A stretch of 64,000 nt of DNA, taken from Sulfurovum sp. GTDB taxonomy: Bacteria > Campylobacterota > Campylobacteria > Campylobacterales > Sulfurovaceae. Of the stretch, positions 8,370 to 17,655 are shown piece after piece; the stretch's first letter is position 1; every line of letters starts with the position of its first letter. The DNA lies in the NCBI GenBank assembly GCA_021166685.1, contig JAJPEU010000007.1:120212-184211 (forward strand), read 5' to 3'. The notes below the pieces were generated by a model that searched no databases, was not told where the DNA came from, and saw only the letters and a program-made list of their open reading frames with translations. The translations under genes were made by a program, and so were the position numbers.

Positions 8370-10480
8370 CAGCTACAAGCAACCTCATCGCCTACGGGAA
8401 TTACATCAACTTTTACGGATTTAAAACGCGCTGTCATAACCAGCGCATCACACTCGTCTCCAAAAAGAGCATTGATGCGGCTTGAAGCATGATGAAAAGT
8501 GCAAAATAGTGTTCTTGGCCTTATCTTATCGGTATAGCGCACACTCAATGCTTCGCTTTCTCCGTATTGACTGCGCAAAATTACCTTATCCCCGAACTTC
8601 TCTTTATCCCCGGTATTTGCCAAAAGCATATCTTCATTGTATTTGCCATCAAGGAGATTGCTTCTTTTGGTTTGTGCTGCATTATTGTAATGTACAAGTG
8701 TTCGGCCTGTCGTTAAATAGTATCCGTCAAAACTCTGTTTATAAAAAACTTTTTCACGTATTTCTTGCACCATGCCTCTAGGCTCATACTGTCTATAGAT
8801 ATATTTGCCCAACCCGTCTTCCGTGCGGAAATCCAACAAATGTAAAATAGGCGTATCTTCATGATAGATAGGCCACTGCATCCCTCTTTTTCGGTGACGT
8901 TCAAGCCTATAATAGTCTGCGCCGGCAAATCTTCGGGGAGCAACCTTTTTCACTTCATTCCAAACATCTTCGCTTGTTTTAAAATTAAAATTCTCACCGT
9001 CATTAAGCTTGGCTGCCATCTGCGTCAATACTTCCCAGTCATCAGGCAAATCACTTTGCACCAAAGGCTGTGAAAGATGCAGCCTTCGCATTGCATTCAC
9101 ATAAACCCCTGTCTTTTCATAAGCACTTTTAACCCCTATGACAATATCTGCTCTTTTGGCAATTTCTGTCATAAAAAGCTCTTGCACCATGATAAACTCC
9201 AGCTTCTCAATAGCTTTGTCCGTTTTATTGACATTTGGGTGAATATGCATGATGTCTTCACCCATGTTCAGCAATGCTTTAATTTTTCCTTCAAGCATTG
9301 CATCAATAAGTTGCGGAGTCATCAATCCTTCCGCTTTGGGCTGCTGATAATCGGGAGCAAAATAAGGCAGACAACCCATATCACAGGCTCCTTGAACATT
9401 ATTTTGTCCTCTAAGCGGCATCAATCCCGCTCCACTTTTTCCTACATTTCCCGTCATCAGCGCAAGATGTGTAATTGCCATTACCGCATACGATCCATCC
9501 AAATGCTCTGTGACTCCAAGCCCCCAAAAAATCATCGATTTTTTAACTGCATACTCCCTTGCTATGTTAGGTATCATTTTTGCAAGGTATTCATAGCCTT
9601 CGATCTCTTTAAAAAAACGAGGATCCGCATAAGGGTCATTTAAGATCTTTTCTTTAAACTCTTCAAAACCTTTGGTACGATTTTTAATAAAACTTTCATC
9701 ATACAATTCTTCATCGATTATTACATATGCCATCATATTGAGTATCAGAAGATTGGCTTCAAACGGGATAATACAGTTATGTTTTGCCAATTTTGCCAAT
9801 TTGGTTTCTCGAACATCTATCACCGCGAGGTTATTATGATTTTTTGCCGTATCGACAATACGGTTTGAAATGATAGGATGCGCCTCTAGCGTGTTGGAAC
9901 CCATAACCACTATAAACTCTGTTTCATAAATATCATTATACGGGTTGGTTGCCGCACCTTCGCCGATCGTTGCTCTCATTCCTTTAAGGCTCGGAGAGTG
10001 ACAGACTCTTGCACAGTTGTCTACATGGGGCGATTCCATCGTCTCCCGACAAAATTTCTGGAAAGCATATGCACTCTCACAGGAAGTTCTTGCACCGCCA
10101 ATGGCACAAAAGCTACCTCCGCCATACTCTTTTTTGATTTGATCTAATTTCATTGCAGCAATGCTTGTGGCTGTATCCAGATCACATGTCATATACTCTG
10201 TATCGAAAGGTAAAAGTTTTTGAATGAAAGTTTCTTTAAGAAATGGATTTTTTTCCAAAAATGATTTTTTGATACGCGACTCTCTGATGCGGTCTTTTGC
10301 TTCTACAAAGTCATATCCGTATTTTCCTTTGATGCAAAGTTTTCCCTGAGAAACAATGCCATCTTTTTGAGCAAATATTTTAATGATCTTATTGTTTTCA
10401 ACCACGCCGGTAATATCACACCCTACACCGCAGTAGGTACACACACTCTCTATTTCTTGCGTATCAGCTTTTTTTGTCAC
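8369..10480 (-). CDS. molybdopterin (bis-MGD) oxidoreductase, FdhF-like formate dehydrogenase family, Cys variant
   Basis: N-terminal 4Fe-4S motif CTYCGVGCDI..CIKG. ARVCHSPS sits where E. coli FdhF has ARVUHGPS. GQNNVQGACDMG is present. There is no twin-arginine signal. Confidence 0.8.
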   Translation of the reverse strand: MTKKADTQEIESVCTYCGVGCDITGVVENNKIIKIFAQKDGIVSQGKLCIKGKYGYDFVEAKDRIRESRIKKSFLEKNPFLKETFIQKLLPFDTEYMTCDLDTATSIAAMKLDQIKKEYGGGSFCAIGGARTSCESAYAFQKFCRETMESPHVDNCARVCHSPSLKGMRATIGEGAATNPYNDIYETEFIVVMGSNTLEAHPIISNRIVDTAKNHNNLAVIDVRETKLAKLAKHNCIIPFEANLLILNMMAYVIIDEELYDESFIKNRTKGFEEFKEKILNDPYADPRFFKEIEGYEYLAKMIPNIAREYAVKKSMIFWGLGVTEHLDGSYAVMAITHLALMTGNVGKSGAGLMPLRGQNNVQGACDMGCLPYFAPDYQQPKAEGLMTPQLIDAMLEGKIKALLNMGEDIMHIHPNVNKTDKAIEKLEFIMVQELFMTEIAKRADIVIGVKSAYEKTGVYVNAMRRLHLSQPLVQSDLPDDWEVLTQMAAKLNDGENFNFKTSEDVWNEVKKVAPRRFAGADYYRLERHRKRGMQWPIYHEDTPILHLLDFRTEDGLGKYIYRQYEPRGMVQEIREKVFYKQSFDGYYLTTGRTLVHYNNAAQTKRSNLLDGKYNEDMLLANTGDKEKFGDKVILRSQYGESEALSVRYTDKIRPRTLFCTFHHASSRINALFGDECDALVMTARFKSVKVDVIPVGDEVACS

Positions 10481-10629
10481 AGAATACCTTTGGAACCATT
10501 ATTGTGAAAAATTATTTTTATTTTTAACCTAGTTTAACTTAAAAAACAGCCATAAAATGATTCTGACTGTATTCCACACTCTTTTTTAGACAATTTTTCC
10601 AAAACGGGCAAGACTGTCCCTTGTGCCAT

Positions 10630-11127
10630 TTAATTAAAATTCCCAAACACCAACGGGGCTTTAAGATCAAGTGTTTTGATCTCTTGCATCACTATCTGAA
10701 GCTCATCTATCTTTTTGCCGCTCACTCTGACTTCATCCCCTTGTATGGAAGGGGTTACTTTAAGTTTGAGGTCTTTAATCGCTTTGACGATCTTTTTAGC
10801 TTCTTCTTTGTCTATCGAGTCAACAATTCTATAGATAACTTTCACATTGCCGCCGCTGATACCTTCTGTTTTGATTTCTTCAAGTGATTTGCCTGCGATG
10901 CCTCTTTTAATAAGCTTGCTAATCAATATATCTTTGAGCGCCTCTATCTTCTGGTCGCTAGAGCTGCTCAGACTGAGTGTTTTGGCTTTTTCGTTCAAAT
11001 CAATTTCGGCCACGATTCCTTTAAAGTCAAACCTGCTAGTCACTTCTTTTTCTGCCATCACAATAGCATTTTTAAGTTCCATCATGTCCAATTTTGCTGT
11101 AATATCAAAATAGTGGTCTTTTGCCAT
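10630..11127 (-). CDS. yajQ: YajQ-family (UPF0234) nucleotide-binding protein
   Basis: MAKDHYFDITAKLDMMELKNAI... is typical of YajQ. The ATG at 11127 overlaps the hom stop by 1 nt. The longer track ORF would run into hom. Confidence 0.85.
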   Translation of the reverse strand: MAKDHYFDITAKLDMMELKNAIVMAEKEVTSRFDFKGIVAEIDLNEKAKTLSLSSSSDQKIEALKDILISKLIKRGIAGKSLEEIKTEGISGGNVKVIYRIVDSIDKEEAKKIVKAIKDLKLKVTPSIQGDEVRVSGKKIDELQIVMQEIKTLDLKAPLVFGNFN

Positions 11128-12392
11128 TACTGTTCTATCCTTATCATTCCGATTTTTCCGTGCACCACAGCAAGCTTCTGGAGTGCAGCCATGGCTTCTT
11201 GAATTTTTCTCTCTTTGCATTCATGGGTAACAAAAAGCAACTCTACACAGGCATCTTTATCGTCATCGGGCTTTTGCATCATCGCTTCTATAGAGATATC
11301 CAACTCACTTAATAAATTGGTCACTTGTGCCAACACACCTTTTTGGTCATCCACGCTCATTCGTAAATAATAGTGTGACCGAATTTCCTCTCTGGGCAGC
11401 AATTCCAATCCGTCTTCTAAAGGTTTTTTGTAACCCAGCATCGGCCCGCTATTGCCTCGAACAATATCGATAATATCTGCAATAACAGCTGAAGCTGTTG
11501 CATTTCCGCCGGCTCCTGGGCCGTAATACATGGTTTCTCCGACACAATCGCCATTGACCATTACAGCATTCATTACGCCATCCACTTTGGCAAGCATACT
11601 CTCTTGAGGAATCATTGTAGGATGAACCCGCAACTCCACTTTATCCCCTACTTTTTTGGCAATACCTAAAAGTTTAATGGCATACTCAAAATCTTTTGCA
11701 AACGCCACATCGGTTGGAGTGATGTTTTCAATCCCCTCAATCAAAATATCTTCAGGCTTTGCATCTAAACCATAAGCAATACTTGCCAAAATAAGCAACT
11801 TGTGAGAAGCGTCAAAACCACCTACATCAAAAGTCGGATCTGCCTCAGCGTAACCTAACATCTGAGCTTCTTTCAAGATCTCATCATAGCGTGCGCCTTC
11901 GTTGATCATTTTTGTAAGCATGTAGTTGCATGTACCATTCATTATCCCCAAAATAGAGGTAATATGATTCGCTGACAATCCGTTTCTGAGCGCCCCGATA
12001 ATAGGAATTCCTCCGGCAGTACTTGCTTCATACATAAAAGGAATATCTCCTGCAAGTGCTTGCAGCTCATAACGATGATACGCGAGCAGGGCTTTATTGG
12101 CCGTGACTACCGGTTTTTTATTTTCAAGTGCTCGTTTGACCAAACCATAAGGCTCTGCAACGCCGCCCATAAGCTCAACAATAATATCAATCTCTGAATC
12201 ATCCACAACATCGTAAGGGTTATCACTAAGAGAGATAGAGATATTGCGTTCTTTGGAAAGGTTCTTGACGACTCCTGATTTAACTACAATCTTTTTGCCT
12301 GCTCTCGCTTCAATGATATCTGCATTTGCTTCAAGTATCTTTGCGACGCTGGCACCTACAGTGCCTACACCCAAGATGCCTATTTTAACCAT
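11127..12392 (-). CDS. hom: homoserine dehydrogenase
   Basis: GLGTVG-type NAD motif (GILGVGTVG), a catalytic core, and a C-terminal ACT-like domain. Confidence 0.9.
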   Translation of the reverse strand: MVKIGILGVGTVGASVAKILEANADIIEARAGKKIVVKSGVVKNLSKERNISISLSDNPYDVVDDSEIDIIVELMGGVAEPYGLVKRALENKKPVVTANKALLAYHRYELQALAGDIPFMYEASTAGGIPIIGALRNGLSANHITSILGIMNGTCNYMLTKMINEGARYDEILKEAQMLGYAEADPTFDVGGFDASHKLLILASIAYGLDAKPEDILIEGIENITPTDVAFAKDFEYAIKLLGIAKKVGDKVELRVHPTMIPQESMLAKVDGVMNAVMVNGDCVGETMYYGPGAGGNATASAVIADIIDIVRGNSGPMLGYKKPLEDGLELLPREEIRSHYYLRMSVDDQKGVLAQVTNLLSELDISIEAMMQKPDDDKDACVELLFVTHECKERKIQEAMAALQKLAVVHGKIGMIRIEQ

Positions 12393-13617
12393 GCTTCTTT
12401 TCCTCTTCTAAGGTCTTGAGGAATTTTTTGATATTTCTGGCCGCCTGACGGATTCTTTTCTCGTTTTCAATTAGGGCAATACGTACATATTCATCGCCGT
12501 ACTTGCCAAATCCGATTCCCGGGCTCACAGCTACGCCTGCCTGGACGAGAAGCTGTTTGGAAAACTCCAAACTCCCCATATGGCGTGCCGCTTCAGGTAT
12601 TTTTGCCCAAATAAACATACTTGCCCTTGGCTTTTCCAGCGGCCATCCCGCTTGCGTAAATGCCTCGACTGTAATATCTCGTCTATGTTTATAGCGAGGG
12701 AGAACTTCTTCCTCCGGGATATGCCCATATTCGTCAAGCGCTACCGTTGCCGCCACCTGAATTGGTGTAAACATTCCATAATCCAGCCATGATTTTATGC
12801 TTTGCACGGCTCCTATCAGTTTACGATTTCCTACAATAAACCCGACACGCCATCCTGCCATACTGTAGCTTTTACTAAGCGTATAAGACTCAACTGCAAC
12901 ATCTTTTGCTCCTTCTACCTCTAAAATAGACGGCGTTTTATACCCATCAAATGCCAAGTCCGCATAAGCAATATCAGAAATAATATAAAATCGCTTCTCT
13001 TTAGCCAATGCTACAATGCGTTTATAAAAGTCCAAAGTTACAGTCGCTGTCGTGGGATTGTGTGGAAAATTAAGCACCAAAAATTTAGCTTTTGGCACAG
13101 AATTTTCCAATGCATCTTCAACATCTGCTAAAAATCGATCCTCATCTACCTCAAATGTCTTTTCATTAAATACCAATTCCATCTTTTCAACATTGGCTCC
13201 GGCTAAAATAAAAGCTTGAGAATGAATTGGATAAGTAGGATCAGGAACAATGGCAACGTCACCCGGATTTGAGATGGCCTGCACCAAATGCACATACCCC
13301 TCCTTGCTCCCCATGGTAGCAACCACTTCAGTCTCAGGATCTAGATCAACATTATATTTTCGCTTATACCATTTTGTCATCGCAAGCCGCAGTTTATAAA
13401 TCCCTTTGCTGGCACTGTAGCCGTGTGTCTTGTCGCGATTTGCCGTTTCGCACAGTTTATCTACGATAGGCTGAGGCGTTCTTCCGTCAGGATTTCCCAT
13501 CGAAAAATCGATAATATCTTCGCCTGTTCTTCTTGCATTCATTTTTAACTCATTGATTTGTGCAAAAATATATTTTGGCAATCTGTTTATTTTTTCAAAC
13601 TGTATTTCATCAAACAT
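12385..13617 (-). CDS. class I/II PLP-dependent aminotransferase (aspartate/alanine aminotransferase-like)
   Basis: NFPHNPT and YTLSKSYSMAGWRVG (PLP lysine region). 8-nt overlap with hom. Confidence 0.85.
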   Translation of the reverse strand: MFDEIQFEKINRLPKYIFAQINELKMNARRTGEDIIDFSMGNPDGRTPQPIVDKLCETANRDKTHGYSASKGIYKLRLAMTKWYKRKYNVDLDPETEVVATMGSKEGYVHLVQAISNPGDVAIVPDPTYPIHSQAFILAGANVEKMELVFNEKTFEVDEDRFLADVEDALENSVPKAKFLVLNFPHNPTTATVTLDFYKRIVALAKEKRFYIISDIAYADLAFDGYKTPSILEVEGAKDVAVESYTLSKSYSMAGWRVGFIVGNRKLIGAVQSIKSWLDYGMFTPIQVAATVALDEYGHIPEEEVLPRYKHRRDITVEAFTQAGWPLEKPRASMFIWAKIPEAARHMGSLEFSKQLLVQAGVAVSPGIGFGKYGDEYVRIALIENEKRIRQAARNIKKFLKTLEEEKKHG

Positions 13618-13663
13618 GCTCTTCCTCTTTTGTGCTTTTATTTTTTATTGTTATTTTTTTGCA

Positions 13664-14224
13664 TTATGGCATTTGTGTTGCATTCGTCTCATCTGGCACT
13701 TTTATCTCATCTGGCACTATGGCAGATAATTCACTTTCTTTGTCTGCTTCTTCTTCTGCTACCGAAGCGATCACCGTTTCGATGCTTAATTCATCGGTTG
13801 TCGTCTTCACATCCCCTGCTGCCTCTTCCTGTGAGATTTTATTTTCCATGAAAGGAAGAATATTTTCTAAATGTTTTTTATCAAACTGCGTAAAAAAATA
13901 CCAAGAGACATAGACGAGCAATCCGAGCACTAAAATCAAGAGCCATTTTGATTTTCCTCGTTTTTGGTGCACTACAGGAATGCCTACTGTTCTTTTTCCC
14001 TGAAGCTCCATATGTTGAGAATAATACTCCTGTGCTTCTGCTCTGAGCGAATCCAAGTCGGCACGATACTCTCTCTCGATGATAGAAATAAACCCCAACG
14101 CTTTTGTTTTTTGCAAAGCACCAAAATCAGCAACAAAAAGTCGTTCAAGCGTGTCTTTAGCAATATTGGTTTTTTTACTGATACTGTCGAAGCTGTTTGT
14201 TTCAAGTATCTCATTTAACTGCAT
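13664..14224 (-). CDS. single-pass membrane protein with RodZ-like N-terminal HTH region
   Basis: The N-terminus (ISKKTNIAKDTLERLFVADFGALQKTKALGFISIIEREY) follows the RodZ HTH pattern. One TM helix (WLLILVLGLLVYVSWYFF) and an acidic C-terminal tail. Confidence 0.4.
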   Translation of the reverse strand: MQLNEILETNSFDSISKKTNIAKDTLERLFVADFGALQKTKALGFISIIEREYRADLDSLRAEAQEYYSQHMELQGKRTVGIPVVHQKRGKSKWLLILVLGLLVYVSWYFFTQFDKKHLENILPFMENKISQEEAAGDVKTTTDELSIETVIASVAEEEADKESELSAIVPDEIKVPDETNATQMP

Positions 14225-14897
14225 AACTCATCCTGTGTATTAATATTGCTGCTGCTGCACTCACATTTAAAGAATTAAATGCGTGCTTCATCTTTATGGA
14301 AATCATTTGGTTTATTTTAGATTTTGCCTTCTTCGAAAGTCCTTCGCCTTCACTGCCCAACACCAACACACGCTTGGCTGAAAAAGTGGCAGTCTCAACA
14401 GCATCTCCCTCCATAGAGGCCCCATAAAATGCAAATCCTACCTGCTGCAATTCATTAAAAACATCCAAAATATTGGGCGCGATCACTAATGGCATATCCA
14501 ATAGTGCACCTGAACTTGTACGTGCAATACCTGCAAAATTGAGCTGCTTTACTCCTGCAACAATGACCGCATCTGCTCCAAGTGCATAAGCACTTCTTAT
14601 GATTGCTCCAATATTTCCTGTATCCGTTAGGCCATCCAGCATCACAATAAAATCAGTTTGCTTTATCGACGAAAGCAAACTTTGCTCAAAATCATCAATT
14701 TCAACTAAGATCCCTTGATGATTTCCCCCCTTGCTCATGGATTGAGCCCACTTTTCTTCCAAGAATTTTATCTTCGGCTTAAAACCATCAAAAAGCTTTT
14801 GACTAAGCAAACCTTTTTTCGCCAAATAAACTGTCTGTACCGATTTTGGGTGATGCTCTAAGGCATAGAGGCATACTTGTTTTCCATAAATTATCAT
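14211..14897 (-). CDS. rlmB: TrmH/SpoU-family RNA 2'-O-methyltransferase (RlmB-like)
   Basis: SpoU methylase motifs (DGLTDTGNIGAIIRSA, VLVLGSEGEGLS, SLNVSAAAAI). Confidence 0.8.
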   Translation of the reverse strand: MIIYGKQVCLYALEHHPKSVQTVYLAKKGLLSQKLFDGFKPKIKFLEEKWAQSMSKGGNHQGILVEIDDFEQSLLSSIKQTDFIVMLDGLTDTGNIGAIIRSAYALGADAVIVAGVKQLNFAGIARTSSGALLDMPLVIAPNILDVFNELQQVGFAFYGASMEGDAVETATFSAKRVLVLGSEGEGLSKKAKSKINQMISIKMKHAFNSLNVSAAAAILIHRMSYAVK

Positions 14898-14966
14898 AAA
14901 AATGATTTTAGCGAAGTTTTGCTGTATGAAGGATAAGAAAAAAAGAGGGTAAAATGAAATTTTATT

Positions 14967-15779
14967 TTATTTTTTCAATAATATCTCATACCACTCTTTT
15001 ATGCCTCTGTCACTAAGTTTTGCAAGAAGTTTTGCCTTGGGTTTCGGAGGCAAATCTAAAGCCAGCACCTCATCGAAGGAGAGACTTTTTTCTTTGCCTT
15101 TTTTTGCACCAATCACCACAACCCATTCTCCGCGAATAATACTATCTTCAAGCTGCTCATTAAGGCTCCTGGCTGTACCCTTATAATATCTTTGAAATTT
15201 TTTACTGATCTCTTTAGCCAAAAACAGCTCCCTGTCTTCATCGATCGCCGCAATCTCTTTTAAAAGTTTTTCCAAGCGATGCGGCGCCTCATAAAGCACA
15301 GTAGCATATCCATTATGCATTGCTTCGCTTAAAGCACTGCTTCTTGGGTTTCCTTTGTGGGGCAAAAATCCAAAAAAAAGAAATTTTCCCTCTTCAAATC
15401 CTGAAGCAGCGTACGCTGTAGTTACGGCACTCGCTCCTGGCAAAACATCATAATCTATCTCTTCTTGCTGACAATACGCAACCAATAGCTGTCCGGGGTC
15501 GGAGATCACAGGCATTCCAGCATCGCTCACATAAACAACTTCTTTTGAACTTAAAACCGGGCCAAACTGTACCAAACGCTCCATACCGTTATGTTCATTG
15601 AAAGAATAAAATTCAGCATCAGGATAACACATACCAAAACGTTCTTCAAGCAAACGCAACAAATGCTTTGTGTTCCGTGTATCTTCACATAAAAAAATTT
15701 GTGTTTTTTCAAAAAGCTTTATGGCACGAAGTGTAATATCTTGAGGATTTCCGATAGGGGTGGGAATAAATGTTAACAC
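14967..15779 (-). CDS. rsmI: 16S rRNA (cytidine1402-2'-O)-methyltransferase
   Basis: Tetrapyrrole-methylase-fold protein (PTPIGN, CEDTR, SDAGMPVISDPG). GTG start with AAGGAG upstream. Confidence 0.88.
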   Translation of the reverse strand: MLTFIPTPIGNPQDITLRAIKLFEKTQIFLCEDTRNTKHLLRLLEERFGMCYPDAEFYSFNEHNGMERLVQFGPVLSSKEVVYVSDAGMPVISDPGQLLVAYCQQEEIDYDVLPGASAVTTAYAASGFEEGKFLFFGFLPHKGNPRSSALSEAMHNGYATVLYEAPHRLEKLLKEIAAIDEDRELFLAKEISKKFQRYYKGTARSLNEQLEDSIIRGEWVVVIGAKKGKEKSLSFDEVLALDLPPKPKAKLLAKLSDRGIKEWYEILLKK

Positions 15780-15894
15780 AGAAAAGTTCTCCTTGAACCG
15801 GAGAAAAACCTAGGCTTAACTCCTTTTTTAAACTTTGCGCACAGCAAAATTATATAATAAAGAATCAATGGCCCAGGCGGGAAGATTTTATAAA

Positions 15895-16095
15895 TTAACC
15901 AAGGTTATATTTTTTCTTAAATTTATCAACACGTCCAGCCGCATCAACAATCTTCTCAGAACCGGTAAAGAACGGGTGGCATTCATTGCAGATATCAATA
16001 CTCAATTCAGACTTGTCTGATTTGACTTCAAATGTATTACCGCATGCACAAGTTACTTTACATTCCATATATTCAGGATGAATCTCTTTTTTCAT
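15895..16095 (-). CDS. rpmE: 50S ribosomal protein L31 (zinc-ribbon type)
   Basis: MKKEIHPEY..., CxC and [10 protein letters not shown] motifs, 66 aa. Confidence 0.95.
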   Translation of the reverse strand: MKKEIHPEYMECKVTCACGNTFEVKSDKSELSIDICNECHPFFTGSEKIVDAAGRVDKFKKKYNLG

Positions 16096-16246
16096 TTTTA
16101 TACCTTTTTAGTTTTTTGGCGACAGGTAACCAGCCTGTTCCGGTACATCCTGTACCCTTCCGCTGTCTTAGATAGCGGGTCACTGCAACACTCTTTGGCG
16201 AGACAGCTCTCTTGCGCGCTGCAAGGAAATTCAGAACGGAATTATA
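16096..16246 (-). promoter_or_regulatory. TATAAT promoter plus ~139-nt GC-rich structured 5' leader of rpmE (or an independent small RNA)
   Basis: Minus-strand TATAAT at 16246..16241. Positions 16118..16226 are 63/109 G+C by hand count, against AT-rich flanks. Four local 5-bp hairpins: 16212-16225, 16160-16178, 16142-16156, 16122-16138. There is also an alternative 7-bp long-range helix. Confidence 0.35.
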
Positions 16247-16289
16247 CCTAAAAAGTTTTAAAAAATTATAAATTTAAATGCCTTGTGTC

Positions 16290-17633
16290 TTATTTTCCAA
16301 AAAATTCCTGATAACAGGATTTTGCCCAGCCTTCAATCATTTTTGCATTTTTTATCCCTGTTTCGCCTTTCCAAATTTCATTGGTCACAGGCGTTGCAAA
16401 GCTGAATCTTTGTTTTTCTTTATCATAAGCATACTCCGAATGGATAAAGATACCCCTCTGAGGATAAGCAGAAACAGCAGAAACACAGATAGTTATCGGC
16501 GTTGTCCATTGGGGTTTTGGTTGCCTGTTAATCTTTGCAGCGATTCGTCTGGCTACATTTTGCCCTTCAGTGAGCGAAGTATTGCCGGACTTTGAAAACC
16601 CCATCGGTCTGGCATCGCCTGAAATATAGATATTGGGATGCCCATGGACCTCATAGGTTTCGACATCAATATCCCCTTCGAGCCTGTTGTAGACTGAATC
16701 TTTGGCAACCCCTGCAATTTCAAGAAGTTTTCCGCCTCTGACATGAGGATAAAAAGATGCATCATCAAAGCGATATTCATCAAACTCGGTTTTTACAATT
16801 TTCTTGTCTAGATCAATGCTCTCTATCGCCGCACTGGACTCCAAAACGATATAATCTTTATACAGCTCATCGATCGCCGTATGAAAACCATGCTCTTTGA
16901 TCGTAATATCATTATTCTCATCGAGTAAAATAATTTTTGCTTTAAGTTTCTTTTGCTTGAAATAGTCCGCAACAAGACAAGCTCTCTCATACGGAGCAGG
17001 AAGGCATCTGTAATTTCCGCCCGGCACCGTCATAAGGAAAGTTCCGCCCTTGAAATTTTTAATCTTCTCTTTAAGTGTCATATGCTCAGATCCGGGCCGA
17101 AAAGCGGCCGGATACTCTTGTCTGAGTCTGTTTTCAAGCACAATGTCATCAGTCCAATACGAATAATCATACTCAATTCCCGGTGCCAATACGAGATAAT
17201 CATACGGGATATCACCCTCACTGGTATGCAAAATAGAATTTTCTTTATCCACTCCGGTGGCAGTCGCATGGAAATAGGTATAGTTATGATTTCTGGCTGC
17301 CTTCAAATAATCATGTGTCAAAAACTCCAAATCAACTTTATCGATCAGCCACTGATTGCTGAGAGGACAAGAGATAAAAATCTCTTTTTGCTCCACCAAT
17401 ACTACGTCCGCCAAAGGCGCAAACAATTTGGTATATTTGGCAACACTCAGTCCTGACCAGCCGCCGCCCACCACTACAACTCTTGGGCCCTTGATCTTTT
17501 GAATAGGCGCAAGATTTGTTTTTTTTGCAGGCCGCATATTGTCTTTTGTATCAGAAGCATTACTTTGCGTAGCAAACAATGCAGCCGTCAATGTTGTGGT
17601 AAACTTAAGGACATCTCTTCTTGAAATCTTCAC
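16290..17633 (-). CDS. Tat-exported FAD-dependent sulfide dehydrogenase flavoprotein (FccB-like)
   Basis: Twin-arginine signal (MKISRRDVLKF...ATQSNA), a GGGWSG FAD motif, and Cys-containing motifs FISCPLSN and YRCLPAPYERAC, as in flavocytochrome c flavoprotein subunits. Confidence 0.75.
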   Translation of the reverse strand: MKISRRDVLKFTTTLTAALFATQSNASDTKDNMRPAKKTNLAPIQKIKGPRVVVVGGGWSGLSVAKYTKLFAPLADVVLVEQKEIFISCPLSNQWLIDKVDLEFLTHDYLKAARNHNYTYFHATATGVDKENSILHTSEGDIPYDYLVLAPGIEYDYSYWTDDIVLENRLRQEYPAAFRPGSEHMTLKEKIKNFKGGTFLMTVPGGNYRCLPAPYERACLVADYFKQKKLKAKIILLDENNDITIKEHGFHTAIDELYKDYIVLESSAAIESIDLDKKIVKTEFDEYRFDDASFYPHVRGGKLLEIAGVAKDSVYNRLEGDIDVETYEVHGHPNIYISGDARPMGFSKSGNTSLTEGQNVARRIAAKINRQPKPQWTTPITICVSAVSAYPQRGIFIHSEYAYDKEKQRFSFATPVTNEIWKGETGIKNAKMIEGWAKSCYQEFFGK

Positions 17634-17655
17634 TCAACATTCCTTTTTGGTTGAT

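Noticed and set aside
16096-16246. Possibility that the GC-rich segment upstream of rpmE is an SRP (4.5S) RNA, a tRNA or a 6S RNA
   Set aside because: Neither strand shows the conserved SRP domain IV features I know: a GNRA tetraloop flanked by the AGG / AGCA symmetric loop (there is no AGCA at all). There is no 7-bp acceptor stem or T-loop GTTCGAATC-like box for a tRNA. It is too short for 6S RNA. It is kept only as a leader/sRNA candidate.
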